Source: an uncultured delta proteobacterium
GTDB lineage: Bacteria > Desulfobacterota > Binatia > Binatales > Binataceae
NCBI GenBank assembly: GCA_963724765.1
Contig: CAVRVY010000003.1
Location: 672,001 to 736,000 of the forward strand
DNA: 64,000 bases
Reading direction: 5' to 3'
In this document: piece by piece, positions 10,944-19,853 of the stretch
Position numbering within the stretch: position 1 is the stretch's first letter
Layout of the letters: every line of letters starts with the position of its first letter
Position numbers and translations under genes: made by a program
Notes under the pieces: generated by a model
Told to the model about the DNA's origin: nothing
Database searches by the model: none
The model's input: only the letters and a program-made list of their open reading frames with translations

Positions 10944-12551
10944 CTACTCCCCACCAATGTGTGCCCCCTTCTCCGCTACCGAACGACGCATGAGCAGGAT
11001 AAAAAATACCAACATCAAACCGACCGCAGCCGAAAAGGAGAAGACGTCAAAATAGGCCAGTGACGAGGCCTGCTGAGCTCGCGACTCGTCGAGAACGCCC
11101 AACGCCATTTGATGTGACAATACGGCATCGCCGTTGTGCTGCAGAAAATATGCCTGGCCCCGTGCCAAGAGAGAATTGACCGGAGGGTTCAGGGGATCGA
11201 GGCTTTCATTCAGCCGCAGGGTATGAAACTGCTCGCGCCGTTGTTGAATGATTTGGGCGACAGAGGTCCCCACACTGCCACCCTCGTTGCGCAGCAAAGC
11301 TAGCAATCCGACGGCAGCGCCGCGGATTTCCTTCGGGAGATAGATAAACGCGGCCACGTTAAGTGGGGCGAATAGCATCGAGAGTCCCGCGATCACCACC
11401 ACTCTCGGCCAGACCACCTGCCAAGGACTGATCTCCAGGTTGAGGAGAGCCATCCAGTAGCTTCCCAGCGCCATTGTGAGTAATCCGCCCGCCATCAGGT
11501 ATCGGGCATCGACTCCGCGCGATAGCAGGGCGCCGACGACAACGAGCATGATGATCGCGAAGATTCCTGATGGCGATAGAACCAACCCCGAGGTTGTGGC
11601 GTCGTAGCCAAAAAGGGACTGCAGCAAGGCGGGAAGCGAAATGGTGTTGGCGTAGAGCACCGCATAGGCGCAGAAGATAATGACGCAGCAGGTGCCAAAG
11701 TTTCGGTCGGCCGTCGACCGGAGCGCGACTAGTGGATTGCGCAGCTGCAATTCGCGATAGATCAAGCCGCCCAAGCCGAGCAAGAACAGGATCAACAGCC
11801 CCTGCACGCGATAGAACGGATCGCCGAGCCAGTCCCACTCCTGCCCCTTGCTGAGCATGACCTCCCAGCAAACCATGGTCACAGTTAGCAGACAGAGGCC
11901 GAGCACATCGAAGGGTTCGCGTCGATTTTGATTCTTGGCCCGTTCAACTTTTAAATATTCCGGATCTTCGACCACAGCGCGGCACATCAAATAGGCCAAC
12001 AGGCCGACGGGCACGTTCAGATAGAAGATCCAGCGCCAGCCGTAGTTGTCGGTGATATAGCCGCCGAGCGTTGGCCCGACAACCGGCGCGAGGAGTGCCG
12101 CCATCCCAAAGATTGTCATCGCCTGGCCTTGTTTCTCTTGCGGGAACGCATCCAGGAGCACGGCTTGGCTCGAGGGTTGGAGACCACCCCCGGCCACACC
12201 CTGAAGCGCTCGAGATGCGATTATAAAACCAAGGCTTCCGGCCATTCCGCACAAAGCGGACGCCAAGGTAAAGATGGCTATCGAGAGCAGGAAATAGTTT
12301 CGCCTGCCGAGCCGCAGCGCGAGCCATCCGGAGATCGGCAAAACGATCGCATTGGATGCGAGGTAAGTGGTGATGACCCACTCGCTGTCAACATTGGCAG
12401 CCGACAAACCGCCCGCAATGTAACGCAAGGAAACATTCGCGATCGTGGTATCCAGAACCTCCATGAAGGTCGGGATTACCACAGCAAACGCTATCAGCCA
12501 GGGATTGACCGATCGCCTCGCGAGCGGAACTTGGAGCGCTGCAGCACTCAT
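10944..12551 (-). CDS. DHA2-family MFS efflux permease (EmrB/QacA-type)
   Basis: FMEVLDTTIANV, WVITTY, GPTLGGYITDNYGWRWIFYLNVP, GQEWDW. Confidence 0.92.
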   Translation of the reverse strand: MSAAALQVPLARRSVNPWLIAFAVVIPTFMEVLDTTIANVSLRYIAGGLSAANVDSEWVITTYLASNAIVLPISGWLALRLGRRNYFLLSIAIFTLASALCGMAGSLGFIIASRALQGVAGGGLQPSSQAVLLDAFPQEKQGQAMTIFGMAALLAPVVGPTLGGYITDNYGWRWIFYLNVPVGLLAYLMCRAVVEDPEYLKVERAKNQNRREPFDVLGLCLLTVTMVCWEVMLSKGQEWDWLGDPFYRVQGLLILFLLGLGGLIYRELQLRNPLVALRSTADRNFGTCCVIIFCAYAVLYANTISLPALLQSLFGYDATTSGLVLSPSGIFAIIMLVVVGALLSRGVDARYLMAGGLLTMALGSYWMALLNLEISPWQVVWPRVVVIAGLSMLFAPLNVAAFIYLPKEIRGAAVGLLALLRNEGGSVGTSVAQIIQQRREQFHTLRLNESLDPLNPPVNSLLARGQAYFLQHNGDAVLSHQMALGVLDESRAQQASSLAYFDVFSFSAAVGLMLVFFILLMRRSVAEKGAHIGGE

Positions 12552-14059
12552 TGAGGGCCGGGCGCAGAAACGGGACCAGTCGCGGATACTGAGGCTTGAA
12601 GCATCTTGCCAGCGTTCGGACCGGTAGGCGTCTCGTGGATGTACACGTACGGAGTGACCGATAGCCCTATGAACAGTGGAGCTACGTCAGGATCGTAGTT
12701 GGTCAACTCGATTCGCACCGGCAGCCGCTGCACAACCTTGACGAAGTTTCCGGTCGCATTCTCGGCCGGCAAAAGCGCCAGCGTAGATCCGGTACCCATC
12801 GTGAATCCGGAAACGCGACCCTGAAAATGCCGGTGACTGCCGTACATGTCGACGTCGAGCTCCACCGGTTGACCGATGCGCAGATTCGCCAGTTGCGTCT
12901 CCTTGAAGTTAGCGTCGACCCAAATATCGGTGAGAGATCGCAACGCCATCAGCCCCTGCCCGGCGATAACCTGATCGCCTGGGTTGACGCTGCGACGCGT
13001 CACGACACCGTCAATGTCGGCCACGACATCGCAATAGGAAAGGTTCAGCTCGGCTTGATGGAGATTGGCTTGAGCCTCATTCAACTTGGCCTCAGCCTGT
13101 TTGACGTCGGGTGCATTCTTGGAAATCTCAGCGAAGATCGCATCGATATTGCCGAACGAGTCGCGCCTGTAGAACTCTGCGAGCATCTCGTCGGGAGACT
13201 CCTTGAATGAATGAAAAGACCCGAGCTCGGCCGCGGTCTGCATGAGTCGCGTCTGGGCAGCCTTGACCGCCGAATAAGTTTGGTCGAGATTCGCGGGGAT
13301 GCCGCTCAGCTCATCGCCGTTCTTAGGTGTGGGTCGCAGCCCAAGTTCAGCACGAACCTGGGCGACATCATATTGAGCCTTCTGCTGCTGTGCCTGTGCT
13401 ACCGAAAAGGCTTCCTGGAAGGCATCGAACTCAGCTTTTGATATAACCTGCTGCTGGTACAGCTGCTGTTCCCGCCCGTAGTCGGCCCGGGCCTTGATGA
13501 GCGTAGCATTCGCGGCTTGAAAAGCGTCTGCTTTGGAGTGCAGGTCGGCGACCTGGTTGTTGAGGTTGTGCATCGCATTTGCCAGCTCGAACCGTTGGCT
13601 GCGGGCGAGACTCTCAAGGCCCCGAACTTTCGTTTGTGCTGTGACAATGCCGGCCTTCGCAACCGACAGCGCAGCTTGCGCGATTTCGACTTTGACCTGG
13701 TACGGTTCCTTGTCAAGCTGCACAAGCAGGGTGCCCTTGCGCACCCGATTGTTGTCGTCCACCAGGACACGCACGACCTGACCAGGCACCCGCGGCGCCA
13801 CAAACGTCACGTGTCCGTTAACGTAGGCGTCGTCTGTTGATTCTGTTCTGAACGCAGTGATGCCCCAGGGAATGGCCTCGTATAGCGCCAAAAGGACCAG
13901 CGCTCCGCCGACGATCCACATCCACCAGGGCTTCTTTTCGGCCGGCTTCACCGTCGATGGATTGGCGATTGGCGGTTCGACCTCCAGCGTCTGCCCAGAA
14001 GGCGTTATCTGGTGTGGTTCATCCGCCCGCTCCGCTGACTTTGGATCAGCCATTGGCAC
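12548..14059 (-). CDS. HlyD/EmrA-family membrane fusion protein
   Basis: STDDAYV, WVDANFKETQL, LLPAENATGNFVKVVQRLPVRI; 4-bp overlap with the MFS gene. Confidence 0.92.
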   Translation of the reverse strand: MPMADPKSAERADEPHQITPSGQTLEVEPPIANPSTVKPAEKKPWWMWIVGGALVLLALYEAIPWGITAFRTESTDDAYVNGHVTFVAPRVPGQVVRVLVDDNNRVRKGTLLVQLDKEPYQVKVEIAQAALSVAKAGIVTAQTKVRGLESLARSQRFELANAMHNLNNQVADLHSKADAFQAANATLIKARADYGREQQLYQQQVISKAEFDAFQEAFSVAQAQQQKAQYDVAQVRAELGLRPTPKNGDELSGIPANLDQTYSAVKAAQTRLMQTAAELGSFHSFKESPDEMLAEFYRRDSFGNIDAIFAEISKNAPDVKQAEAKLNEAQANLHQAELNLSYCDVVADIDGVVTRRSVNPGDQVIAGQGLMALRSLTDIWVDANFKETQLANLRIGQPVELDVDMYGSHRHFQGRVSGFTMGTGSTLALLPAENATGNFVKVVQRLPVRIELTNYDPDVAPLFIGLSVTPYVYIHETPTGPNAGKMLQASVSATGPVSAPGPQ

Positions 14060-14747
14060 GGCACTCCTTAAGTCACAACCACAATCCGCATGCAGGATGT
14101 TGTCCTTCGCATGCCGCGATCACTGCAACAGCCGTTCGCAGATTGTGGCATGCGCATACGGGGCGAATCGCATGAAGAATGCGCGGCTGCACGACCCGGC
14201 GCGCTCGAGAAGCAAGTCGAGATGAGCGTGATCGCTGGGCCAGAAATCTCCAAATAGGACCTTGCGAGATCGCATGGCTTTTATCCATCACTTCGATCCG
14301 CAGCGTCGAACCGGAATCCAAAGCAAATGGGGCTAATAAGGACTAAGATTATGGCTGGTCTAGTTTGTGAAGGAACACCACGTTTTCCCCGATAGGCTCG
14401 CGGCCGCCATAGCCAGTTGGGCTCGGGCGATTTCGAGATACCCGCTAGTCGTTAGCCGCGGCGATCGTCGCGAAGTCTACCGCCACCACATGACTTGCGG
14501 CAAGTCAATGCATACGCCCGCAGTTTCTCTATCGGCAGCGCCTGCTGCTGCCGAAGACAACTCGCGCAGCGTCAACCCGCTACGCTGCCAGTGCGCCAAC
14601 ATCCAACCGCATCTGGCCTGTCCACACTGATGTCGTCCCCCATGGATTCGTACCTCTGAACCCATTCTGTGCTATCAGCTGCTCGCCGGAGGATGGAGTT
14701 GGTCACGGTTATCATTTATGTGGCCGGAAAATTTGCCGATGTGTAGC

Positions 14748-16028
14748 TCAAAGGTTCCAAGGCATGAGAGCCTGCTGATTTTTAATCAGTAGGTTGTCAG
14801 TTCGATTCTGACCATCGGCTTCAGAAAAATCGTGTAAATTAGCGGCTTTTTCAGAGGCGTCGCGGGACGGATCGACGTCCAATTCGGGATTGGTGCCAAA
14901 TTGGTGCCAAGTCGATCCGGTTGGCACTTCGGAGGCGTCGAGGCGATCCACGAATCCCGCGTCGGCTTGCGGGAGCCAGCGCGCATACCACTGAAGCGTC
15001 GTCGAGGGCTTCGCGTGGCCAAGCTGGGCCGCGACGTAGGTGATGGGCGCGCCCTTCGCCAAAAGGAGCGTCGCGAAGGTATGGCGTAGATCATAGAGGC
15101 GGTGTCCACTGACGCCGGCCTGCTTCATCGCGCGGGCGAACTGCTTGCGGACGCGCGAGTCGTCCAGGGGCTTGGCGTCGCGGTTGATGAACACCCACTC
15201 GGGCACGTCGCCCCATCCGCGGCGCAGGGTTTCGGCCTCGCGTAGCTTGTAGAGCGCCGTCAGGCTGTGGGCGAGATCGCGGGACATATCGACTGTGCGA
15301 ATGGAGTCGGTTTTCGTCGTACCCAATTGGCCGGCGGAGATAGCGCGCTCGACGAGGATCTTGCGCTGGGTGAAGTCGAGGTCGCTCCACTTGAGCGCGA
15401 GGGCTTCGCCGGGCCGCATGCCGGTACGGGCGAGGAGCAGGAAGATCGCGTCTGAGGAGCCGCTGAGGATCCGCGTCAGTTCCGCCTCGCTGAAGGGACG
15501 CACGGCTTTCGCGCGCTCGCTGGCGGACATCGCGCCGTTGCCCTTGTGGCCGCGCCGCCGTGAGGGTAGCGCGGCAGGGCTCGTCTTGAGGAGGCCGTCA
15601 TCGACCGCATCGGCGAGCATGACGGACAACGTGGCGCGGATGAGGCGGACGGTGCTTTTCGACAGCCCGGATTCGTGCTTTGCGGCGAGCAGGCCCTTGA
15701 CGTGGACGCGATGGAGATCGCGCAGCTTCGAGGACCGGAGCGCCGGGGCGATGTGCGTCGAGTAGAGATAGCGGTAGCTTTCGATGGTCCTGGGCTTGAT
15801 GCTGCCGGCGGCTTCGAGATGGGCGAACCAGCGCTCGGCGTAGACGGCGAGGGTGAGGTCGGGATCGACAACGGCGGGAGAGTTGTCGCGGGAGTCCACA
15901 TTGCGGTCGGCGAGGAGGTCGTCGGCCGCCTCGCGGGTCTTCGCGTGCAGGCGATGGCGCACACCCGCAGCGTCGCGGTAGTCGGCAGTCCACCCCTTGC
16001 GCAGCTTCCGCTTCCAAACTTTTGCCAC
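14748..16028 (-). CDS. Tyrosine recombinase/integrase
   Basis: TGMRPGEALALKW, TKT, YDLRHTFA, LGHA...TT..WY catalytic motifs; the C-terminus crosses the left att site. Confidence 0.95.
   Translation of the reverse strand: MAKVWKRKLRKGWTADYRDAAGVRHRLHAKTREAADDLLADRNVDSRDNSPAVVDPDLTLAVYAERWFAHLEAAGSIKPRTIESYRYLYSTHIAPALRSSKLRDLHRVHVKGLLAAKHESGLSKSTVRLIRATLSVMLADAVDDGLLKTSPAALPSRRRGHKGNGAMSASERAKAVRPFSEAELTRILSGSSDAIFLLLARTGMRPGEALALKWSDLDFTQRKILVERAISAGQLGTTKTDSIRTVDMSRDLAHSLTALYKLREAETLRRGWGDVPEWVFINRDAKPLDDSRVRKQFARAMKQAGVSGHRLYDLRHTFATLLLAKGAPITYVAAQLGHAKPSTTLQWYARWLPQADAGFVDRLDASEVPTGSTWHQFGTNPELDVDPSRDASEKAANLHDFSEADGQNRTDNLLIKNQQALMPWNL
14778..14823 (+). repeat. Left att site with a tRNA(Thr-like) 3' half
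   Basis: Core 14778-14794, then T-arm GTCAG-TTCGATT-CTGAC and acceptor strand CATCGGC-T-TCA; no D-arm or 5' half upstream. Confidence 0.8.
14890..14927. repeat. Putative integrase arm-type sites (left)
   Basis: TTGGTGCCAA twice with 11-bp spacing (14890, 14901) plus inverted TTGGCAC (14921). Confidence 0.6.
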
Positions 16029-16090
16029 GGCTGAATCCTCCCTCCCTCGCTCACTGTTCCACCGCAGCGCTAGCTCGGTAGCGCTGGGAC

Positions 16091-16300
16091 CTACAGCAGA
16101 TCGCGCACCGCAACGCCGAGCGCTTCGGCAAGCCGCCTCAACACGTCGAGCGAAGGATTCAGCCTTACGCCCGATTCAAGCTGCGCGAGATAGGGTTGCG
16201 TGATGCGTGCCTTGGCCGCCAGCTCGACTTGCGTCAAACCTTTACGCTCCCTCAATCGCTTGATCTTCCCGTCCATCTCCGGTTGTGCGGCGTTGATCAC
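16091..16300 (-). CDS. XRE-family HTH transcriptional regulator
   Basis: IKRLRERKGLTQVELAAKARITQPYLAQLESG..NPSL..L.RLA.ALGV; start is GTG at 16300 or ATG at 16276. Confidence 0.88.
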   Translation of the reverse strand: MINAAQPEMDGKIKRLRERKGLTQVELAAKARITQPYLAQLESGVRLNPSLDVLRRLAEALGVAVRDLL

Positions 16301-16306
16301 ATTTGG

Positions 16307-16349
16307 AATATAGCGCAAGGCTATACGATTGTCAATAGCCTTGCGCTAT
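16307..16349 (-). promoter_or_regulatory. Sigma70 promoter with two ATAGC-N5-GCTAT operators
   Basis: Minus-strand TTGACA (16335-16330), 17 bp, TATATT (16312-16307); perfect 15-bp inverted repeat 16310-16324 / 16335-16349. Confidence 0.8.
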
Positions 16350-16367
16350 TTTAAATTGTGGCTCGAC

Positions 16368-16781
16368 TCACCGCGAGGCGGTTTCGTGCTGGGCGATCCA
16401 CTCGGCGAGGGCCGATTCCGTGACGCGGCGGTACTTGCCTACCTTGACGGCGCGCAACGAGCCCGAGCGGATCAGCTCATAGACGTAGGACAAGGCGAAT
16501 CCGGTGCGCTGGGCGATATCGTGCGCTGCGAGGAGGCGCGGCGGTGAGGTCGGCGCGGGCGCGGCGGGAGTAGTAGCGGCTCGCCCGGTGATCGCGATTT
16601 GGATCGCGGACTGGATAACGGCACAGCGCCCGGCCAGCACCGCGAGCGCATCGGGCGACAACTGCGACAACGCCTCGGTGGGCGACGCCGCGGCTGCGAT
16701 CGCGTCGAGCGATAGCGTCGGCGAGTCGCGGGTGAGCGGCGCGTCGAGCGGAGCGCCGTTGTGATGTGGCGAGACTTGCAC
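16368..16781 (-). CDS. Excisionase-family (HTH_17) DNA-binding protein
   Basis: C-terminal LLAAHDIAQRTGFALSYVYELIRSGSLRAVKVGKYRRV. Confidence 0.78.
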   Translation of the reverse strand: MQVSPHHNGAPLDAPLTRDSPTLSLDAIAAAASPTEALSQLSPDALAVLAGRCAVIQSAIQIAITGRAATTPAAPAPTSPPRLLAAHDIAQRTGFALSYVYELIRSGSLRAVKVGKYRRVTESALAEWIAQHETASR

Positions 16782-16944
16782 CTAGAAGAACTGTATCGCG
16801 ACTTGTTGGCTGACAAACGGGGTGCAAAAAACGTGTCGCGATCCGGGAATCACGACAGCATCCGGCGCAAGTCGCTTCAGCGCCGGTGAAATTTTAGCGG
16901 GATCAGGGCGCCGAATTTTTCATGCGTCGGCGAGCCCAGCGGGT

Positions 16945-17436
16945 TTATTCGGCAGTTTCCGTAGTTTCGGGTATCTCGACGGGCGATTCGGGCGTCTCGA
17001 CGGGCTCGGCGTCGATCACTTCCTCGTCGTCTGTCGCGATCCCGTCGATATTGATCGCCGTCGCGTCGCCCTCGGTGCTCGCCGTGCCGTCCGCCTCGCC
17101 GTTCGTCTCGCCCCTCGCCGTGGATGGCCCGAATGCGGCTGAGAACCGCACGATCTCACCGCGCACCTCGCTGAGCGTGCCGTTGAGCGCCAGCGCGCGA
17201 TCCGGTGAGGGTGAGCCGAAAAGCCAGTCGCGCAACTCGCACGCCGCTTTGAGGCGCACCGATTCCTGCTTGCCGTTGCGCATGAGGGCGATGAGGCGCT
17301 CGGCGATCTCCTTGCCGTCCGAAGTTTCGGTCATCGCGTGCGCCAGGGCGGCTTTCGACGAGGGACGGCCGCCGGGATTGGGCGATGGGCCGCCCGGCTT
17401 CCAGCGGTGGGCCAGGATGTTTTCGACGTTGGGCAC
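16945..17436 (-). CDS. DUF5681-like protein, possible small terminase-like
   Basis: RWKPGGPSPNPGGRP motif, helical core (VRLKAACELRDW), acidic tail. Confidence 0.55.
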   Translation of the reverse strand: MPNVENILAHRWKPGGPSPNPGGRPSSKAALAHAMTETSDGKEIAERLIALMRNGKQESVRLKAACELRDWLFGSPSPDRALALNGTLSEVRGEIVRFSAAFGPSTARGETNGEADGTASTEGDATAINIDGIATDDEEVIDAEPVETPESPVEIPETTETAE

Positions 17437-17577
17437 TGCGCAGCTTGCCTCGCTGTTTACTCGGTGATCTCAACGGCGATCATAACATTGTTTTGCGGGC
17501 GCAAAAACCCATATAATCAACGCATGATGCGGATCGCGCAATTCGTCAAAGACACGATCACCGGTAGGCGGTTCCGC

Positions 17578-18393
17578 ATGACTACTACCCGCAACGGAGT
17601 ACCAAAGGACATGCACAATTCAGCCTTCAACGAGGCCGCCCGCGAACTCGAAGATCTCGTCAAGTCGCGCCGCTCCCAGGTCGGCACGATGGCCGACGCG
17701 AAAGACTACATGGAGTCGGACATCGACGATTTTGGTCGCACGCCGCAAGGCGTGCGAAGGCGCGACATGCGCGAGTCCAGCCGCGACTGGCGCGGAATTC
17801 AAGCGCTCGATGACGACGAACTATTCGCTTTGGGCGACGAGCTTGCCGAGGAGTCGCGCGCGATGTTGGTCAGTGGTAGACCCGCCAAGATTCGCTTTCC
17901 CGGCGCGAAGGGCGACAGCACGATTGAGCCATTCGATCGCGAGCGCTACGTTGCCGATGCGGATGACGATCTCGATAGCGACTTTCCCGAGGGCCGCAGT
18001 GCGGTGCGTCAGCGCTATCAACGGCTGCGCGGCACGCTGGGCGGTGATTCGATGAGCTGGAGGTCGCAGGCGTCGCGGCGTGGCGTCGGCGAAGATTCGT
18101 ATGCGAATAGTAAGTCCCTGGGTGGCCGCACCATCGGCCCGCTCGCATTGCTCAAGAGTTTCGGCGCGATCAAGTCGAAGCTCTCGCGTGCGATGATGGA
18201 CGAGTGCCTTGATCCCAACATCTTACTGAACTATGACGCGGCGGGCACGGAACCGCGCCTCGGCGTAGATCTGAGCGCTGCGATGAGAGCGTTGGCACAA
18301 GTGCCGCCCGCCGTGCGACAGGCTTATAACATCCCGACCATCGCCGAGAACCGCTTTGAGGAGATGGGCGCCATCAGACGCGGCCTCGCGTAA
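17578..18393 (+). CDS. Hypothetical charged protein (possible scaffold/head-associated)
   Basis: Long open frame, D/E/R-rich, TATAAT at 17513-17518 upstream; start uncertain (17524, 17578 or 17611). Confidence 0.6.
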   Translation: MTTTRNGVPKDMHNSAFNEAARELEDLVKSRRSQVGTMADAKDYMESDIDDFGRTPQGVRRRDMRESSRDWRGIQALDDDELFALGDELAEESRAMLVSGRPAKIRFPGAKGDSTIEPFDRERYVADADDDLDSDFPEGRSAVRQRYQRLRGTLGGDSMSWRSQASRRGVGEDSYANSKSLGGRTIGPLALLKSFGAIKSKLSRAMMDECLDPNILLNYDAAGTEPRLGVDLSAAMRALAQVPPAVRQAYNIPTIAENRFEEMGAIRRGLA

Positions 18394-18566
18394 ATCGTTC
18401 ATAGTGGAGGCGGCGCGATCGTTTTGCGTCACGATCGCAAGCTTCCCGGCCGGAGCCAGACGGAGATTTGTAGTGATTTCACCGTTTGAGCTTCGGCCTT
18501 TTTTTTGTGCTGCGTTAATAGCCAGTAGCGTCGAGTCGCTAGTAGCTAGTAGCCGAGAAACGCCGA

Positions 18567-18728
18567 ATGAACATCATCCGTAAAATGGACGAGATGCGGC
18601 GCCGCGAGAAGGCCGAAGCTAAGCGCAAAGTGCGTGAGATGCGGCGCAAGCTGAGGGCCGATGCGACACAGGCCGAAGCCGCGGCTACAGGGCTTTCGGA
18701 GCTAGCCGCCCTTCTCACTCCACGCTGA
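18567..18728 (+). CDS. Small basic helical protein (53 aa), hypothetical
   Basis: Manual translation MNIIRKMDEMRRREKAEAKRKVREMRRKLRADATQAEAAATGLSELAALLTPR. Confidence 0.35.
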   Translation: MNIIRKMDEMRRREKAEAKRKVREMRRKLRADATQAEAAATGLSELAALLTPR

Positions 18729-19056
18729 CGCGCATCCTGCCTTGTGCGGGGGCGCCCCTGACCGTCCTGTGGCTTTTCTCGTGTACCCGGATATCCACGT
18801 CACAACCCAGCAGGGTCAGAAGGCCCGTGAGCCGGTCCAGTGAGAATTTCTCCAGGTGGCCGCGCACAATCGCCGATACTTTGGGCTGGTCGATCCCGAG
18901 GATCTTCGCGGCCTGAGTTTGGGTCAGCCCGCGCCTGCCGATGATCTGTGCAAGCTCGATCGCGAGGTTCGCTTTTACGTCTAGTTCATCCGCGCCGGCG
19001 AGGCCGAGATCGCGGAAGACGTTGCCGCTGCCCACTTCATAATCAACAGATCTCAT
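18715..19056 (-). CDS. HigA-type XRE HTH antitoxin
   Basis: GSGNVFRDLG...GLTQTQAAKILGIDQPKVS...FSLDRL; directly downstream of the toxin gene. Confidence 0.88.
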   Translation of the reverse strand: MRSVDYEVGSGNVFRDLGLAGADELDVKANLAIELAQIIGRRGLTQTQAAKILGIDQPKVSAIVRGHLEKFSLDRLTGLLTLLGCDVDIRVHEKSHRTVRGAPAQGRMRVSVE

Positions 19057-19073
19057 AATACCTGACCCCTGCC

Positions 19074-19436
19074 CTAGACTCTTTGATTGTGGATTTCCCG
19101 CGCGCGCTTTAACCGCTCCTCGATCAGCGTGAGGTCGTGGCGCGGCGTGGCGTTCCCGTGCCTCGACTTCTTCTGGAAAGCGTGAAGTACGTAAACCGCC
19201 TCGGCAAATTTCACCGTATAGACCGCCCGATAGGTGTCGCCGTCGAAGTCCTCGACGATCTCTATGACGCTCGCTCCATGAAAGCCTTTCAGCGGCTTTG
19301 CGTCCTCGTGCTTTCCGCCGAACTGGGCGACCTTCAGCGCGAAGCCGATGTGCCTCTGGGCGGTTTCGGGGAAGCGCATGAGATCGTCCTTGCTGCTGCG
19401 AACCCATGTGATCGGCTTCGGCGGTTTGCCCTGCAT
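19074..19436 (-). CDS. RelE/ParE-superfamily (HigB/Gp49-like) toxin
   Basis: AKPLKGF.GA.V.EI..DFDGDTYRAVYTVKF..AVYVLHAFQKKS. Confidence 0.9.
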   Translation of the reverse strand: MQGKPPKPITWVRSSKDDLMRFPETAQRHIGFALKVAQFGGKHEDAKPLKGFHGASVIEIVEDFDGDTYRAVYTVKFAEAVYVLHAFQKKSRHGNATPRHDLTLIEERLKRAREIHNQRV

Positions 19437-19487
19437 CAGCCCCTCACCTCTCTCACCCTTTCGCCGTCACCGCCCTGCACGAAAGAG

Positions 19488-19516
19488 AATTTATGCCCCT
19501 TTTGGCATTATGTCAA
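19488..19516 (-). promoter_or_regulatory. TA operon promoter with palindromic operator
   Basis: Minus-strand TTGACA, 17 bp, TAAATT; ATGCC-N6-GGCAT palindrome (19493-19508) between the hexamers. Confidence 0.7.
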
Positions 19517-19853
19517 TAGAGGTATATAGGAGGCGCATCGAGCGCGGTGCTTTGGCAATGGGCTACGCTTCAGGCACAAAAGTGCCTTCCGCTTCGCCCA
19601 TTGCACTAGGGGTGACCCTAGGCGTTAGCGGGCAGTCGGCTATGCGGCATGGATCATCGGGTCGCATCGCGAGCACGATCGAGCACTTCGCGCAGCGCGG
19701 CGCATCGCGCATCGCGGCGGCGAGTTGTTGCAGTTCGCGGGCATGGGCGAGGCGCGCGTCGCGGTATCGCGCCCAGGGCGTCGCCGTGGGTGATGCGTTG
19801 TTGTTGCTCATGCGGCGATGAACCTCTCGCATCGTTAAGCGCAGGCTGCGATT

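Noticed and set aside
14477-14712. IS66 TnpA-like remnant (WQRSGLTLRE) with a possible IS end
   Set aside because: Only a short motif resemblance; no partner IR or tnpB/tnpC
14750-14823. tRNA-Lys(TTT) gene
   Set aside because: The loop reads TTT, but there is no 5' half, the end is TCA rather than CCA, and the acceptor is Thr-like; treated as an att site
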